Below, in pieces: positions 20,025 to 29,884 of a stretch of DNA of 64,000 bases. The stretch is taken from IMG/VR virus record IMGVR_UViG_3300044684_000161, positions 26,103-90,102 of that record; one strand, written 5' to 3'. The notes beneath the pieces were generated by a model. It had not been told where the DNA came from, searched no databases, and saw only the letters and a program-made list of their open reading frames with translations. A program made the position numbers and the translations under genes. This DNA is from a virus. Positions within the stretch are counted from its first letter, which is position 1. Every line of letters starts with the position of its first letter.

Positions 20025-20450
20025 ATGGCAACGCAGAACCTGAAAACCCGCTCCGGTAACCGGATCATCCCGACTTTCGATGGGAAGATCATCGGGGCGA
20101 TCCAGTCGGTCCGCATGTCGGACGACTACGCTCCCGAGGCGATGTCCGGCATCGGAGATATCCACGCTCAGGAATACGTGCCTTCGATGGCACGCCATAC
20201 CCTGACCGTGAGTCAGATGGTGCTGAACACCGGGTCGATGCGACAGGCAGGAATCGCGGCGCAGAATGGCGACGACGTGCTACAGGGCTTGGTGTTCGAC
20301 ATCGAGGTCTATTCGAAGGACGACGGCACGCTTTTGCGCAAGTACGTTGGCTGTTCGTATGCCTCTGGAGATGTGGATATCAACAAGCACGCTATCGTTA
20401 TGTCGTCCGGGACGTTCAACGCGCTCGACGTAGTAGGAACGAGCATCTAA
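20025..20450 (+). CDS. Tail tube protein
   Basis: Follows sheath; GIGDIHAQEYVP; strong RBS. Confidence 0.85.
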   Translation: MATQNLKTRSGNRIIPTFDGKIIGAIQSVRMSDDYAPEAMSGIGDIHAQEYVPSMARHTLTVSQMVLNTGSMRQAGIAAQNGDDVLQGLVFDIEVYSKDDGTLLRKYVGCSYASGDVDINKHAIVMSSGTFNALDVVGTSI

Positions 20451-20465
20451 CGCGCCCCAGGCGCG

Positions 20466-20490
20466 TCGGGACACTAGCATGTGGGTGTCC
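20466..20490 (+). promoter_or_regulatory. Late-promoter variant TCGGGAC-AC-TAGCAT with GGACAC/GTGTCC inverted repeat
   Basis: One mismatch to motif; intergenic. Confidence 0.55.
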
Positions 20491-20496
20491 ACCCCG

Positions 20497-20524
20497 GGGC
20501 CGCTTTCGGGCGGCCCTCTTCTTT
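20497..20524 (+). terminator. Terminator-like hairpin (UUCG loop)
   Basis: GGGCCGCT-TTCG-GGCGGCCC followed by TCTTCTTT. Confidence 0.55.
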
Positions 20525-20540
20525 GCACCGGAGACTTTTC

Positions 20541-20906
20541 ATGACGCGGCTACCCAACAGCACCGACTTTCAGATCACAATCGACGACATCGGAACGTTC
20601 ACGTTCGGTCGTCGACGCATGCGTGATGAACTCGCGATCGCGGCTGAGTTCTCGCGGCTGACCGAAGGCGTAGAAACGCCGACGCCGTTCCTCGCCAACG
20701 TTGCCGGCTGGATCTCGGTGCTCAAGGTCCTCACCGTTGAGGCCCCGGAAGGATGGGACATCGATGCGATGGATCCGCTCGACGACGACACCTACGCCAA
20801 ACTCGTGAAGGTACATGTCGCCCTTCGCGAAAAGGAGGGCTCTTTTCGAAGCGGATCGAAGCAAGCGAGCGAAGCGGACGGGCAGGGAGTTAGCGCAGAC
20901 GCTTGA
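20541..20906 (+). CDS. Tail assembly chaperone
   Basis: Between tube and tape measure; RBS GGAGA. Confidence 0.75.
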   Translation: MTRLPNSTDFQITIDDIGTFTFGRRRMRDELAIAAEFSRLTEGVETPTPFLANVAGWISVLKVLTVEAPEGWDIDAMDPLDDDTYAKLVKVHVALREKEGSFRSGSKQASEADGQGVSADA

Positions 20907-21144
20907 GTTCTGGTATCGGCGCACATACCAGCTTGCGCCGACCGATCCGCGTTTCCTCGATAGCACGATCGAGCAAATCGAGACGGAGTATTGGGCGCAC
21001 TACTACCTCAAGAATCCGGCTAAAGAAGAAGTCGAAGATGATGACTTCGATATCGATGCGGAAATCGCGCGCATCAATGCGGAGAACGAAGCGCGCGGGC
21101 GTGATGACTGGGAAACGGTAATCGACCACAACGGACAAGCATGA
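20815..21144 (+). CDS. Tail assembly chaperone extension (gpGT-like, +1 frame)
   Basis: LAPTDPRFL motif; overlaps chaperone in +1 frame; stop overlaps tape measure ATG. Confidence 0.65.
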   Translation: MSPFAKRRALFEADRSKRAKRTGRELAQTLEFWYRRTYQLAPTDPRFLDSTIEQIETEYWAHYYLKNPAKEEVEDDDFDIDAEIARINAENEARGRDDWETVIDHNGQA

Positions 21145-23828
21145 GCGGTGTACAGATACCAGTTGAGGCAAAGCTCAACGACGGCGATCTCGATGCGGAG
21201 TTGTCGAAACTCACAGAGAAGATCAACCGTGTCGGGCAGTCCATCGCGCAAGCGAACAAGGTCAAATTCAATCCGGTCTCGCGAGCGACCCTCGACGACC
21301 TGAAGCGCATCACGGCGCAGTTCGAGGCGATGAAGAAAGCATCGCCTAACTTCGCGCGAGAAATCAGCGGCAGCGGGCAGGGGCGAAAGTCATTCCTCGA
21401 CCTTGATTGGAACATGATGGTCGGGAACGCCGTAGCGCGGGAGGCTCGGCGCTTCGCGGCATTCAACAAAATTGTTGGATTTACAGGTGCTGGTTTCACT
21501 GCGCCGGGAGGCGTCTCCTATGTAGGAGGGGGCGTCTCATTTCCTGCTGCTCCGAACTATGGGCCGGGAGGAAATCCTTGGTGGAATGCTGGACGACAAG
21601 TCGTCGGCGCAGGACTTAAATCGATTGGTCCCGTTGGAAACGTCGCTAACAATGCGCTATCGGCAGGCCTGACGGGCGGCATCACGGCCGGCCTCGCCGG
21701 TCTGGCGGGTGGACTCGTCGCGATTGGCATCAGCAAGGCGATCGGCGCGGTTGGCGCGAAGGTTGGTGCCGCGCAAAACGACATGATCGGCTACGACACT
21801 CTCAAGCGCATGCTTGGCGATGTGAATGTCGGGTTCGATACGCTGCGTCGCAGCCTGCATGCCTCGTCGGATGCGATCGACGTGAATTACCAGGAAGTGC
21901 AGAAACTCGGCAAAGAATTCACGCACATCTCCGGGATCTCGGGCGACGCGGCCAAGTCACTCGCTGAGGAAGTGCGCGTCGGCGGCGGCTTCGGCCGCTC
22001 GTTCGGCGTCGATCCGAGCCAGTCGAACGCGTTCTTTGCGCAGATGCGCCAGTTCCGCATCACCTCGAACGAGAGCGATAGCCGGAAACTCGCGCTTTAC
22101 ATCGGCGAGGCGATCGCAAAGAGCGGAGCCTTTGCCAAGGCGGATGAGATGCTGCAGGCGATCTCGTCCTATGCCTCTCAACAAACGAGACTCGGCCTGA
22201 CGGCGGCGAATGTCGGCGATTACTCGGGTCTGCTCGCTGGATTCGTGGGATCTAAGACGCCAGGTCTTGACCCCGCTGGCGCGGCGCAATTGCTTTCGCG
22301 CGTCAATGGCGCGTTCCTGAGCGGCGGCAGCGCCGGGGAAGCGGGGCAGAACTTCATGTACATGGCGATCGGGCGTCAGCTTGGTCTGGACCCGATTCAA
22401 TCGGCCCTCCTGCGCGAGCAGGGGGCGTTCGGCACCGGTGCGGGGACGTTTGGGAAAGGATCGCTGTACTCTCAATTTGCCAGCAAATTCCACCTAAACA
22501 CGCCAGGCACAGCGGCCAACTCACGCGAGACCAATCTGCAATTCGTCATGCGCCGCATGCAATCGGTCTATGGCGGGAACCCGGAACTCATGCTCAGTGC
22601 GATGTCGAACCTTTTCGGCATCGGGACCAATCAAGCGATGGCGCTCGCTACGATCGGCCCGGACAAACTCGGCGGGTTGCAGCAGGCCCTCTCGTCAAGC
22701 GGCGTCGACCTTACGAAGATGTCAGCGACCGGCATATCCGCGCTCGCGCAAATCGTCGGCGGCAATCGCGACGTGCTGAACGCCCAAGCGAGCGCGTTGC
22801 GGCCGCGCCTGACAGCCGATGAAGCACGCGGGCTCGATGCGGCTCAAGGCGGGGGCGATATCGAGAAACTGCGCAGCACGCTCGTGCAGTTGACCGCCAA
22901 GTACGGCCAGGAGGAAACCGAAGGGCAGCAGACGCGCAAGTCGATCCAGGATCTCGACAAGGACCTGATGGACGCGGCCTCAAAGATGATCGGGCCGCTG
23001 AACACCATGCGCGACACGCTGCTCTACGCCTTCGGCAATCGCGGAAGTATGACGGCCGAGGATATGCACAATGCGGTCGTCGAAGCGCAGCGCAAGCACG
23101 TCAATGACGAGGCGGACGCACGCATCTCGAAAGCTCGCGGGCAACTCAGTGCGGTTAGTGCCGTGGACGATTTCGGGCGCCCGATCTATCCGAAGGAGCA
23201 GCAACAAGCCTATGAGAACCTGCAGTCTGAGACGGCTGCCGCAAACAAGGTGCGCGCGAACAAGCTGGCGGCGATCGCGGGGCCTGGCTTACTCCGGGAT
23301 TTGGCTGAGACCGATCGAATCGTTGGCCTGACGCCTGGAACTTCAGCCGCGCAGATAATGCAGGAAAGCTCGTTTGATCCGAACGCACGCAGCACGCGCG
23401 GCGCTATGGGATTGGCGCAAGTCATGCCGTCAACGCTAAAGGCGCTTGAAAAGCGGCTCGGCCGCACGCTTGACCCTGATGACCCGCGTGATGCCGTTCT
23501 GATTCAACGCGAACTCATGCGCGAGAACATGGCGAAATTCGGCAACCAAGCCGACGCACTGCGCGCCTACAACTCGGGATGGGATAAGTCGAAATGGAAT
23601 AATTCCGAGACGAACGACTACGTGTCGAAGATCGGTGGATACACGCCGTATTTCGCGGGCACGCCACTGCCTGACGGAGGTCAGGCGGCCTCTGCGGGCG
23701 ATCCTCACAAGCAATGGTTCGCCTTCGAGCACAACATCACTTTGCAATACCCGAACGGACAGCCGGCGGCGCCGGCGGCCACGGTGACTAAGCAGGTCAA
23801 TGCGCCGATGGCGTTCGGGGTGATGTAA
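21141..23828 (+). CDS. Tape measure protein with C-terminal lytic transglycosylase (SLT)
   Basis: Gly/Ala-rich; QESSF, GAMGLAQVMP, ALRAYNSG, ETNDYV. Confidence 0.9.
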   Translation: MSGVQIPVEAKLNDGDLDAELSKLTEKINRVGQSIAQANKVKFNPVSRATLDDLKRITAQFEAMKKASPNFAREISGSGQGRKSFLDLDWNMMVGNAVAREARRFAAFNKIVGFTGAGFTAPGGVSYVGGGVSFPAAPNYGPGGNPWWNAGRQVVGAGLKSIGPVGNVANNALSAGLTGGITAGLAGLAGGLVAIGISKAIGAVGAKVGAAQNDMIGYDTLKRMLGDVNVGFDTLRRSLHASSDAIDVNYQEVQKLGKEFTHISGISGDAAKSLAEEVRVGGGFGRSFGVDPSQSNAFFAQMRQFRITSNESDSRKLALYIGEAIAKSGAFAKADEMLQAISSYASQQTRLGLTAANVGDYSGLLAGFVGSKTPGLDPAGAAQLLSRVNGAFLSGGSAGEAGQNFMYMAIGRQLGLDPIQSALLREQGAFGTGAGTFGKGSLYSQFASKFHLNTPGTAANSRETNLQFVMRRMQSVYGGNPELMLSAMSNLFGIGTNQAMALATIGPDKLGGLQQALSSSGVDLTKMSATGISALAQIVGGNRDVLNAQASALRPRLTADEARGLDAAQGGGDIEKLRSTLVQLTAKYGQEETEGQQTRKSIQDLDKDLMDAASKMIGPLNTMRDTLLYAFGNRGSMTAEDMHNAVVEAQRKHVNDEADARISKARGQLSAVSAVDDFGRPIYPKEQQQAYENLQSETAAANKVRANKLAAIAGPGLLRDLAETDRIVGLTPGTSAAQIMQESSFDPNARSTRGAMGLAQVMPSTLKALEKRLGRTLDPDDPRDAVLIQRELMRENMAKFGNQADALRAYNSGWDKSKWNNSETNDYVSKIGGYTPYFAGTPLPDGGQAASAGDPHKQWFAFEHNITLQYPNGQPAAPAATVTKQVNAPMAFGVM

Positions 23829-25345
23829 TGGTCGGTCGCGTCAAAATCTATCAGCCGAGCGTGAGCGTCACGCTCTACAAAACGATCAGTCGCACGACGC
23901 TCGACAACGGCACGCCGGTTTCGCAGCGGTTTCAGGGGACCGCGCACACAATCGATCTAACACCGTTTCTTGGTGAGAACAGCGTATTGCGGACATCGAA
24001 GTCCGTCCGCGAGGCGGCTGGCGGCTTCAGCCTGACGCTCGCGGATAAGCCATACAAGGGAAACTACGCCGGCGCCACCACGCTCGAGAGTCTGTATGGA
24101 CTCGTTGAGCCGATGGATTTCATCGAAATCCGCATGCGTCATGATCCTCCGTCCTCGCAGGGACAGAAGCCGACAATCATCATGCGCGGGTTCGTCTCGG
24201 AGATCACGCGCAGCGAGTCGATGGGCTCAGACGGGCGCCCGCAGCGCTTCGTCATCATCAACGGCCAGGACTACGGGAAACTGTGGCAGATGCTGCAGAT
24301 CATCTACCTTCCTGGCTACGTCATCGGCGAAGACATAATTTCGGGGTTCAAGCTGTTTGAGCGCTTCGGAGGCGCCGTCAACATCCTCAAGTCGGCCGAC
24401 TTCGTCACGCAGATCATTCAGACCATCCTCAACCCGTATCTCGCCAATCTGATGCCGAGCAATTCTCCGAATCCGGCGACGATCCAGTTGGATATGACGG
24501 TCTCGCATGGAGTAACCAGCATACAGGGACCGCAGAACCAGGAGGGCTCGATCTACAACCTGCTTCGCACATATGGCGACGTGGGGATTTGGAACGAGCT
24601 CTATCTCGATGATCGGGAGGATGGCGTCTACTGCGTCTATCGACCAGTGCCAGCGCTTGATGCAAGCGGCAACCTGATCCAGTCGGACGCACCGAATCCT
24701 GTGTATTGGGATCTGCCCGACACTGACGTGATTAGCCTCAATGTGTCGCGATCGGATGCGAACGTCGCGAATTATTACTGGGTGCGCGCGCCGCGCTTCG
24801 ATTTGGTCGACAGCCTATATCAGCAGCAATTCGCGATTCAAGGAGCGGCCGCCGATACCGTGTTGCTCGGGACCTATGCGAATTCGTCGTCCAACCTTTA
24901 CGGAACGCGCGTCATGTACGGCGAGACGCAGCAAGGCGGCGATGAAGTGGGTTCGATGGCGAGCGGGCTGCCTAAAGCGCAGCAGGCAACTCGCAACGCT
25001 TCGATGGCGAATTGGACCGCTGATCGCCGCGCGATCATGGTCAACCAAAACAAGGACAATGTGCTGTTTGAACGTGGCGCAATCCGAGTGCGTGGGAACG
25101 AGAATATCAAGGCCGGCATGTATGTTCGCCTGCGGCGCGGCCAGTTCCGCTCAAGCTATTACGTCGTCCAAGTCGACCACGAATTCATCCCGTTTCAGGG
25201 ATTCTTTTCTACGCTGATCGTCGAGCGCGGCACCGGCTTCATCGAGCGAGCCAAACGCAACGGCAGCGGCGGTGATTCGCCATACTTGGCGGAAATGGCG
25301 CCGACGCCCTCTCTTTCTGATCTTGTGAGTAGCGGCAATGGCTAG
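23828..25345 (+). CDS. Baseplate hub protein
   Basis: Follows tape measure; YYVVQVDH...RG C-terminal pattern. Confidence 0.65.
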   Translation: MVGRVKIYQPSVSVTLYKTISRTTLDNGTPVSQRFQGTAHTIDLTPFLGENSVLRTSKSVREAAGGFSLTLADKPYKGNYAGATTLESLYGLVEPMDFIEIRMRHDPPSSQGQKPTIIMRGFVSEITRSESMGSDGRPQRFVIINGQDYGKLWQMLQIIYLPGYVIGEDIISGFKLFERFGGAVNILKSADFVTQIIQTILNPYLANLMPSNSPNPATIQLDMTVSHGVTSIQGPQNQEGSIYNLLRTYGDVGIWNELYLDDREDGVYCVYRPVPALDASGNLIQSDAPNPVYWDLPDTDVISLNVSRSDANVANYYWVRAPRFDLVDSLYQQQFAIQGAAADTVLLGTYANSSSNLYGTRVMYGETQQGGDEVGSMASGLPKAQQATRNASMANWTADRRAIMVNQNKDNVLFERGAIRVRGNENIKAGMYVRLRRGQFRSSYYVVQVDHEFIPFQGFFSTLIVERGTGFIERAKRNGSGGDSPYLAEMAPTPSLSDLVSSGNG

Positions 25346-26213
25346 CCTGCGCTGGGGCCGCGTCGCGGCGATTCATCCTGAAGACTACTCAGTCGACTTA
25401 GTCATGACCGATGACGGCTCGCAGCTTGCCGGCGTTCAAGTGCTTACGCCTCATGCGAGCACGAACAGCGGCTCAAATTGCCTGCCTCAACCATCGACGC
25501 CGGCGAGTGGCAACGTATGGGACTTGACCGAGGCGACTGACCGCGACGTGCTCGCTGGCGTGGCATTCTTTGGGCAATACCCGGTCGTCATCGGCTTTCG
25601 GTATCCCCAGGTCTGTCAGATGCTATTCACTGACCTGCAGCGCGCGATCAACCGGCATCCGTCCGATTTCTATACGTCGACCGACGCGGCGGCCAACTTC
25701 GAGGCGTACCATCCGAGCGGCACGTATTTCCGCATCGGCGCATCGTCTGCACACGAAGACCTGACGGGCAAGGACTTCGACGGTAACTGGAAGATCACGA
25801 AGAACACATCGAGCGCGCCGCACGTGCATCTGACGGTCGCCAATGCGGGTTCACCCGTGGCAAGCGTCGACATCGATTCGAACGGAAACGTCTCGCTCCA
25901 GTGCAACGGCAATCTGTCGGCGACGGTCGGCGGCAACGTGACGGCCAACGTTCAGGGCACCGTCACGGGGACCGTGCAAGGCGCGGTAACGCTCAATGCA
26001 TCAGCGGGAACGACGATCAATGGTCCTCTCACCGTGAATGGACTCTTCACGTTCACGAAAGGCATGGCGGGTTCGGGTGGGACTGGCTCGACGGCGACAA
26101 TCACCGGCAACGTCACGGTCACGAGCGGCGAAGTGACGGTCGACGGCATTGGCGTGAAGGCGCACCATCACGACGATCCGCAGGGCGGTGAGACGAGTGC
26201 CGCGCGAGCGTAA
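25338..26213 (+). CDS. Baseplate central spike (gpV-like)
   Basis: N-terminal OB-fold pattern, VxG beta-helix repeats, C-terminal His cluster. Confidence 0.85.
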   Translation: MASLRWGRVAAIHPEDYSVDLVMTDDGSQLAGVQVLTPHASTNSGSNCLPQPSTPASGNVWDLTEATDRDVLAGVAFFGQYPVVIGFRYPQVCQMLFTDLQRAINRHPSDFYTSTDAAANFEAYHPSGTYFRIGASSAHEDLTGKDFDGNWKITKNTSSAPHVHLTVANAGSPVASVDIDSNGNVSLQCNGNLSATVGGNVTANVQGTVTGTVQGAVTLNASAGTTINGPLTVNGLFTFTKGMAGSGGTGSTATITGNVTVTSGEVTVDGIGVKAHHHDDPQGGETSAARA

Positions 26214-26217
26214 CCGA

Positions 26218-26550
26218 CTATCTCGCGGCCTCGACAAGCTTGAGTGCGATCTCACACGTGGATTGCCCGCGCGCCATCGCGATGGTATCCGTGCGCCCGG
26301 TGGGATCTACCATCAGCGCCATGTCGGGGCCGTTGTAGCGGAGGCGTGATGCCTCGCCGGAGGCGATCGCAAGGCGCTGGATGTCCTCTGGCGCATTTGC
26401 GCCGGGCATCGCCACATTCAGTGCGACGCATCCACCAGCGCTAGGAGCAACGATATACCATGCTCGATCCACTCCATGGGAGTTGTCCTGAGCATGAGCG
26501 GCTGTCGCGAAGGAGATCAAGGCGGCAGCAATCAAAATGAGGGGTTTCAT
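26218..26550 (-). CDS. Exported hypothetical protein (moron)
   Basis: Signal peptide ending AHA-Q; RBS GGAG; antisense in the tail operon. Confidence 0.7.
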   Translation of the reverse strand: MKPLILIAAALISFATAAHAQDNSHGVDRAWYIVAPSAGGCVALNVAMPGANAPEDIQRLAIASGEASRLRYNGPDMALMVDPTGRTDTIAMARGQSTCEIALKLVEAAR

Positions 26551-26621
26551 TAACCATCTCCAAAGTTCTTGCTGTCTTCAGCATAGTACATGTCTCGTAA
26601 ATGATCAAATAACGCGTGTTG

Positions 26622-26642
26622 TCGTGACGCCACAATGGCGGC
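26622..26642 (+). promoter_or_regulatory. Late promoter TCGTGAC-GC-CACAAT, leaderless
   Basis: ATG 6 nt after -10 box; no SD. Confidence 0.78.
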
Positions 26643-27806
26643 ATGTCCACGCCGCCGACCAGTCAAAAGGCCGACCAGCGTCCGATTAGCTTCGTCCTAG
26701 ACGACCAGACGACGCTGGGCGGCTCGCCCGTCTCCGTGAATCTGGCAATCCGTCCGGAGGATTTGACGCGCTCGGACGCATCCCGCCTAAACGTCCAGCA
26801 GACGCTTGGTGGCGCATGGGGCGATAACTTCGGCGCCGGCATTCCGACAATCTCGATCAGCGGTACAACTGGCTGGCGCCCCGGCGCTGATGGGCTCGAC
26901 GGCGGCGAACGCTTTCAGCAGTTGTTCGATCAGGTCTATAGCGGATGGCATACCGCGCGCTTGAATGCGGTCACGGCCGGCCAAGATCCTGACAAGGTTC
27001 AACTCGTTTTTTCTGACGCGCTCGATGGCTTCACCGTCGTCGTGGCTCCGAACAACTTCGTGCTACGGCGCTCGCGCTCGCGTCCGCTCATCTACCAGTA
27101 CCAGATCGCGATGACTGTGCTCGATCAGGATGTCGATCCTGGCGCGGGTCTCTCGCTGTTCAACGGTAGCGACCTGCTTAATGCTGCGACGACACAGCAG
27201 CTTGGGCTGGCGAGCCTGACGCAATCGATCAACGACATCACGGCGCAGATCAGCAACATCTCGGGCGCGATCCAAAGCACGCTCGTTGCTCCAGTTCAGG
27301 CGTTCATGAACGAGACCTCTGCTCTTTACTCGGCAGTTCAAGGTGCGATCACTGCGGGAACGGGTATCGCCGGTCAACTGATTTCCGTGGCTCGCATGAC
27401 GGCGCAGGCCGGCTTGAACATTTTCCACACGTGCGCCGCCGTCGCGAACCTGCCTACTCTTTCGAAAGGGCTGCTGCTGCAGGTCGCCGGCGCGTACATG
27501 AACGTCTGGTGCGTGCTGAAGAACGCGCTGAATCAGCAGCTTTACTACCCGGATTACTCGCCGCTGTTCGGCGCATCAAACTGCTCGTCAACGAATGGCG
27601 GCCGACCGATCAGTGCGCTTGCTGGCACGAACCCGTTTTATTCAGTCGCGCCGACGACGCCTGCACTGCCTGTGCAACTTACGCAGTCCGCGCAACTGAA
27701 CCTATCCGCGCTCGCCAGTAATGATCCTGTGCTGGCGCCGATGACGACCTCCGCGCTCGGCGCTGCACTTCAAGAAGTCACGAATGGCATGACCGTCGCC
27801 GCATGA
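26643..27806 (+). CDS. Baseplate/tube-initiator-like protein
   Basis: IRPEDL...QTLGG...ISGTTG; position. Confidence 0.55.
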   Translation: MSTPPTSQKADQRPISFVLDDQTTLGGSPVSVNLAIRPEDLTRSDASRLNVQQTLGGAWGDNFGAGIPTISISGTTGWRPGADGLDGGERFQQLFDQVYSGWHTARLNAVTAGQDPDKVQLVFSDALDGFTVVVAPNNFVLRRSRSRPLIYQYQIAMTVLDQDVDPGAGLSLFNGSDLLNAATTQQLGLASLTQSINDITAQISNISGAIQSTLVAPVQAFMNETSALYSAVQGAITAGTGIAGQLISVARMTAQAGLNIFHTCAAVANLPTLSKGLLLQVAGAYMNVWCVLKNALNQQLYYPDYSPLFGASNCSSTNGGRPISALAGTNPFYSVAPTTPALPVQLTQSAQLNLSALASNDPVLAPMTTSALGAALQEVTNGMTVAA

Positions 27807-28429
27807 GTACGCCTCCGATCAATCTCAATAAGCCGCTGTATGGCTTTCGTTTTGTTTCCACGCAGCGCGGCGACTCGCTGCAGCTTATCGCGGCGCGCGA
27901 ACTCGGTGATGCGACGTTGTGGCAGCAACTCATCGACTACAACGGTTTGGTGCCGCCGTACATCACGGACGATCCGACCCAAGCCAGCGCCGGCGTCGTT
28001 CTCACCGGGGCAACGATCAAAGTCCCTGCGCCGCAGCCGGTCGTCACCACGACAACGGATCCAGCGCAAGTGTTCGGCACCGATATCGCGCTCAAGAATG
28101 GCCGCTTCTCTTTCTCAAGCGGCGATTTCGCCACTGTGTCGGGACGGGACAATCTCAAGCAGGCGGTTGAGAACCGGCTCAACACTGAGCGCGGCGACCT
28201 GCTGATGCATCAGAATTACGGGTCGTTGCATCCGCGCATGATCGGCGCGGTGAATGGCCCGACTGCTGGTCAGCTTGTGGCTCAGTACGCCAAGGCTGCT
28301 GTGAAGGCGGACCCGCGCATTCAGGCCGTCAAGTCCGCCAATGCAGTCGTCGCCAACGATGCGGCAGTCGTGCAGATCGAGGCGCAACCCGTTTCCGGCC
28401 AAACGCTCACCGTCAGCGCAACGACGTAA
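27803..28429 (+). CDS. Baseplate wedge protein (LysM-like plus gp25/gpW-like)
   Basis: GDSLQLIAARELG; GRDNLKQA, TERG, YGS, DPRI. Confidence 0.8.
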   Translation: MSTPPINLNKPLYGFRFVSTQRGDSLQLIAARELGDATLWQQLIDYNGLVPPYITDDPTQASAGVVLTGATIKVPAPQPVVTTTTDPAQVFGTDIALKNGRFSFSSGDFATVSGRDNLKQAVENRLNTERGDLLMHQNYGSLHPRMIGAVNGPTAGQLVAQYAKAAVKADPRIQAVKSANAVVANDAAVVQIEAQPVSGQTLTVSATT

Positions 28430-28440
28430 GGAAGAAGAAA

Positions 28441-29883
28441 TTGAGCTTTCAGTTGAAAGACTTCGTGTCGATCGTCGCCTCGATGATCAACTGGATGAAG
28501 TCGACGCAAACGGCGGTGACCGACTTCAATGAAGGAGCGATCGCGCGCACGCTCGTTGAGGCGCCGGCGGCCGAGATCGAGGAACTGTACCGCCGCATGC
28601 TCGACGGGCTGAAAGAAGCCATTCCCGTCGCGACGTACAATTCATTTAATTTCAATGCGCTGCCAGCGGAGCCGACGACAGGCCTTGTGCGCGTAGTGAT
28701 CTCGTCGCAATCGAGCGCTGTTTTGATCCAGGGCGGCACAGTCTTCACCTATCAGAATGGGGCTGTCTCCTACACGTCCGAGCAGACCGTCACGATTCCG
28801 GCCGGCAACACCTATGCTGACGTGTTGGTGAGCGCCGCGACGGCAGGATCAATCGGCAATCTGGCAGCGAATACTGCGTTCACGCTATCGCCCGTGCCGA
28901 CCGGGTTCGTCAGTGCGTCGAATCTGTCGCAGTGGATCAACGGCACGGACGCCGAGACCGACGACCAGCGTCAATTGCGCTTCGCAGCCTACATCCAGTC
29001 TCTCGCGCGAGCTACCGTCCCCGCACTGCAATATGGACTGAGCACCGTTTCGCTTACTGACTCAAGCGGGAACGTGATCGAGCGCGTTGCGTCATCGCAG
29101 ATCATCGAACCCTACGAGACGGACAACACGCAGCCGATCGGACTGGTCAACTGCTACATCCACAATGGCGTGGGGAACACATCGGCGGCGCTCGTGGCGC
29201 AAGCGAAGACGGTACTGTACGGCTACACCGATTCCCATGGGAACAAGGTGCCGGGGTGGAAGGCGGCTGGCGTCCACGTAGAGACATACGCCGCTACCGA
29301 ACTCGCCATGAACCTAAAGGGAACCGTCACTGCGCTCCCCGGGTATGATCAACCCACGCTCGCGGCAAGCGCGACTCAGACGGCCGACGCCTACATCATT
29401 GGGCTCGGCACTGGCGCGCCGTTCGAAGTGTCAGAAGTGATCAAGCGGGTCAAACTGATCACTGGCGTCGATGACTTCTTGCCGTCTGACGTGACACCTC
29501 CACTTTCTCCGACGCTTGGCTCTACTGCTGGCGGGACGTTGGCGGCGACGACGTACTATGTCGCGATCACCTATGTGACCGCGCAAGGCGAAACACTTGC
29601 ATCACCCACGGCTTCTCTCGCAGTTGCGGCGAATAACCTTCTCACGGTCGCATCGCCATCGATCTTGGCTGGCGTGACGGGCTGGAATGTCTACGTCGGC
29701 ACCGCTGCGAATAATCTGCAAAAGCAGAACGCCGCCTTTATTGCCATCGGAACCGGCTATACGGAGCCCACGAGCGGACTCATTTCCGGCGCCGCGCCGC
29801 CGACCATTTCGACCGCTCGGTTCGTCAACATCGTGCCCGCGCTCACTCAGAAATTGATGCCGGGTACCGTCTTGATTTCATGA
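28441..29883 (+). CDS. Baseplate J-like protein with C-terminal FN3-like insert
   Basis: GSIGN, GTDAETDD, KAAGV motifs; TTG start. Confidence 0.85.
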   Translation: MSFQLKDFVSIVASMINWMKSTQTAVTDFNEGAIARTLVEAPAAEIEELYRRMLDGLKEAIPVATYNSFNFNALPAEPTTGLVRVVISSQSSAVLIQGGTVFTYQNGAVSYTSEQTVTIPAGNTYADVLVSAATAGSIGNLAANTAFTLSPVPTGFVSASNLSQWINGTDAETDDQRQLRFAAYIQSLARATVPALQYGLSTVSLTDSSGNVIERVASSQIIEPYETDNTQPIGLVNCYIHNGVGNTSAALVAQAKTVLYGYTDSHGNKVPGWKAAGVHVETYAATELAMNLKGTVTALPGYDQPTLAASATQTADAYIIGLGTGAPFEVSEVIKRVKLITGVDDFLPSDVTPPLSPTLGSTAGGTLAATTYYVAITYVTAQGETLASPTASLAVAANNLLTVASPSILAGVTGWNVYVGTAANNLQKQNAAFIAIGTGYTEPTSGLISGAAPPTISTARFVNIVPALTQKLMPGTVLIS

Positions 29884-29884
29884 C

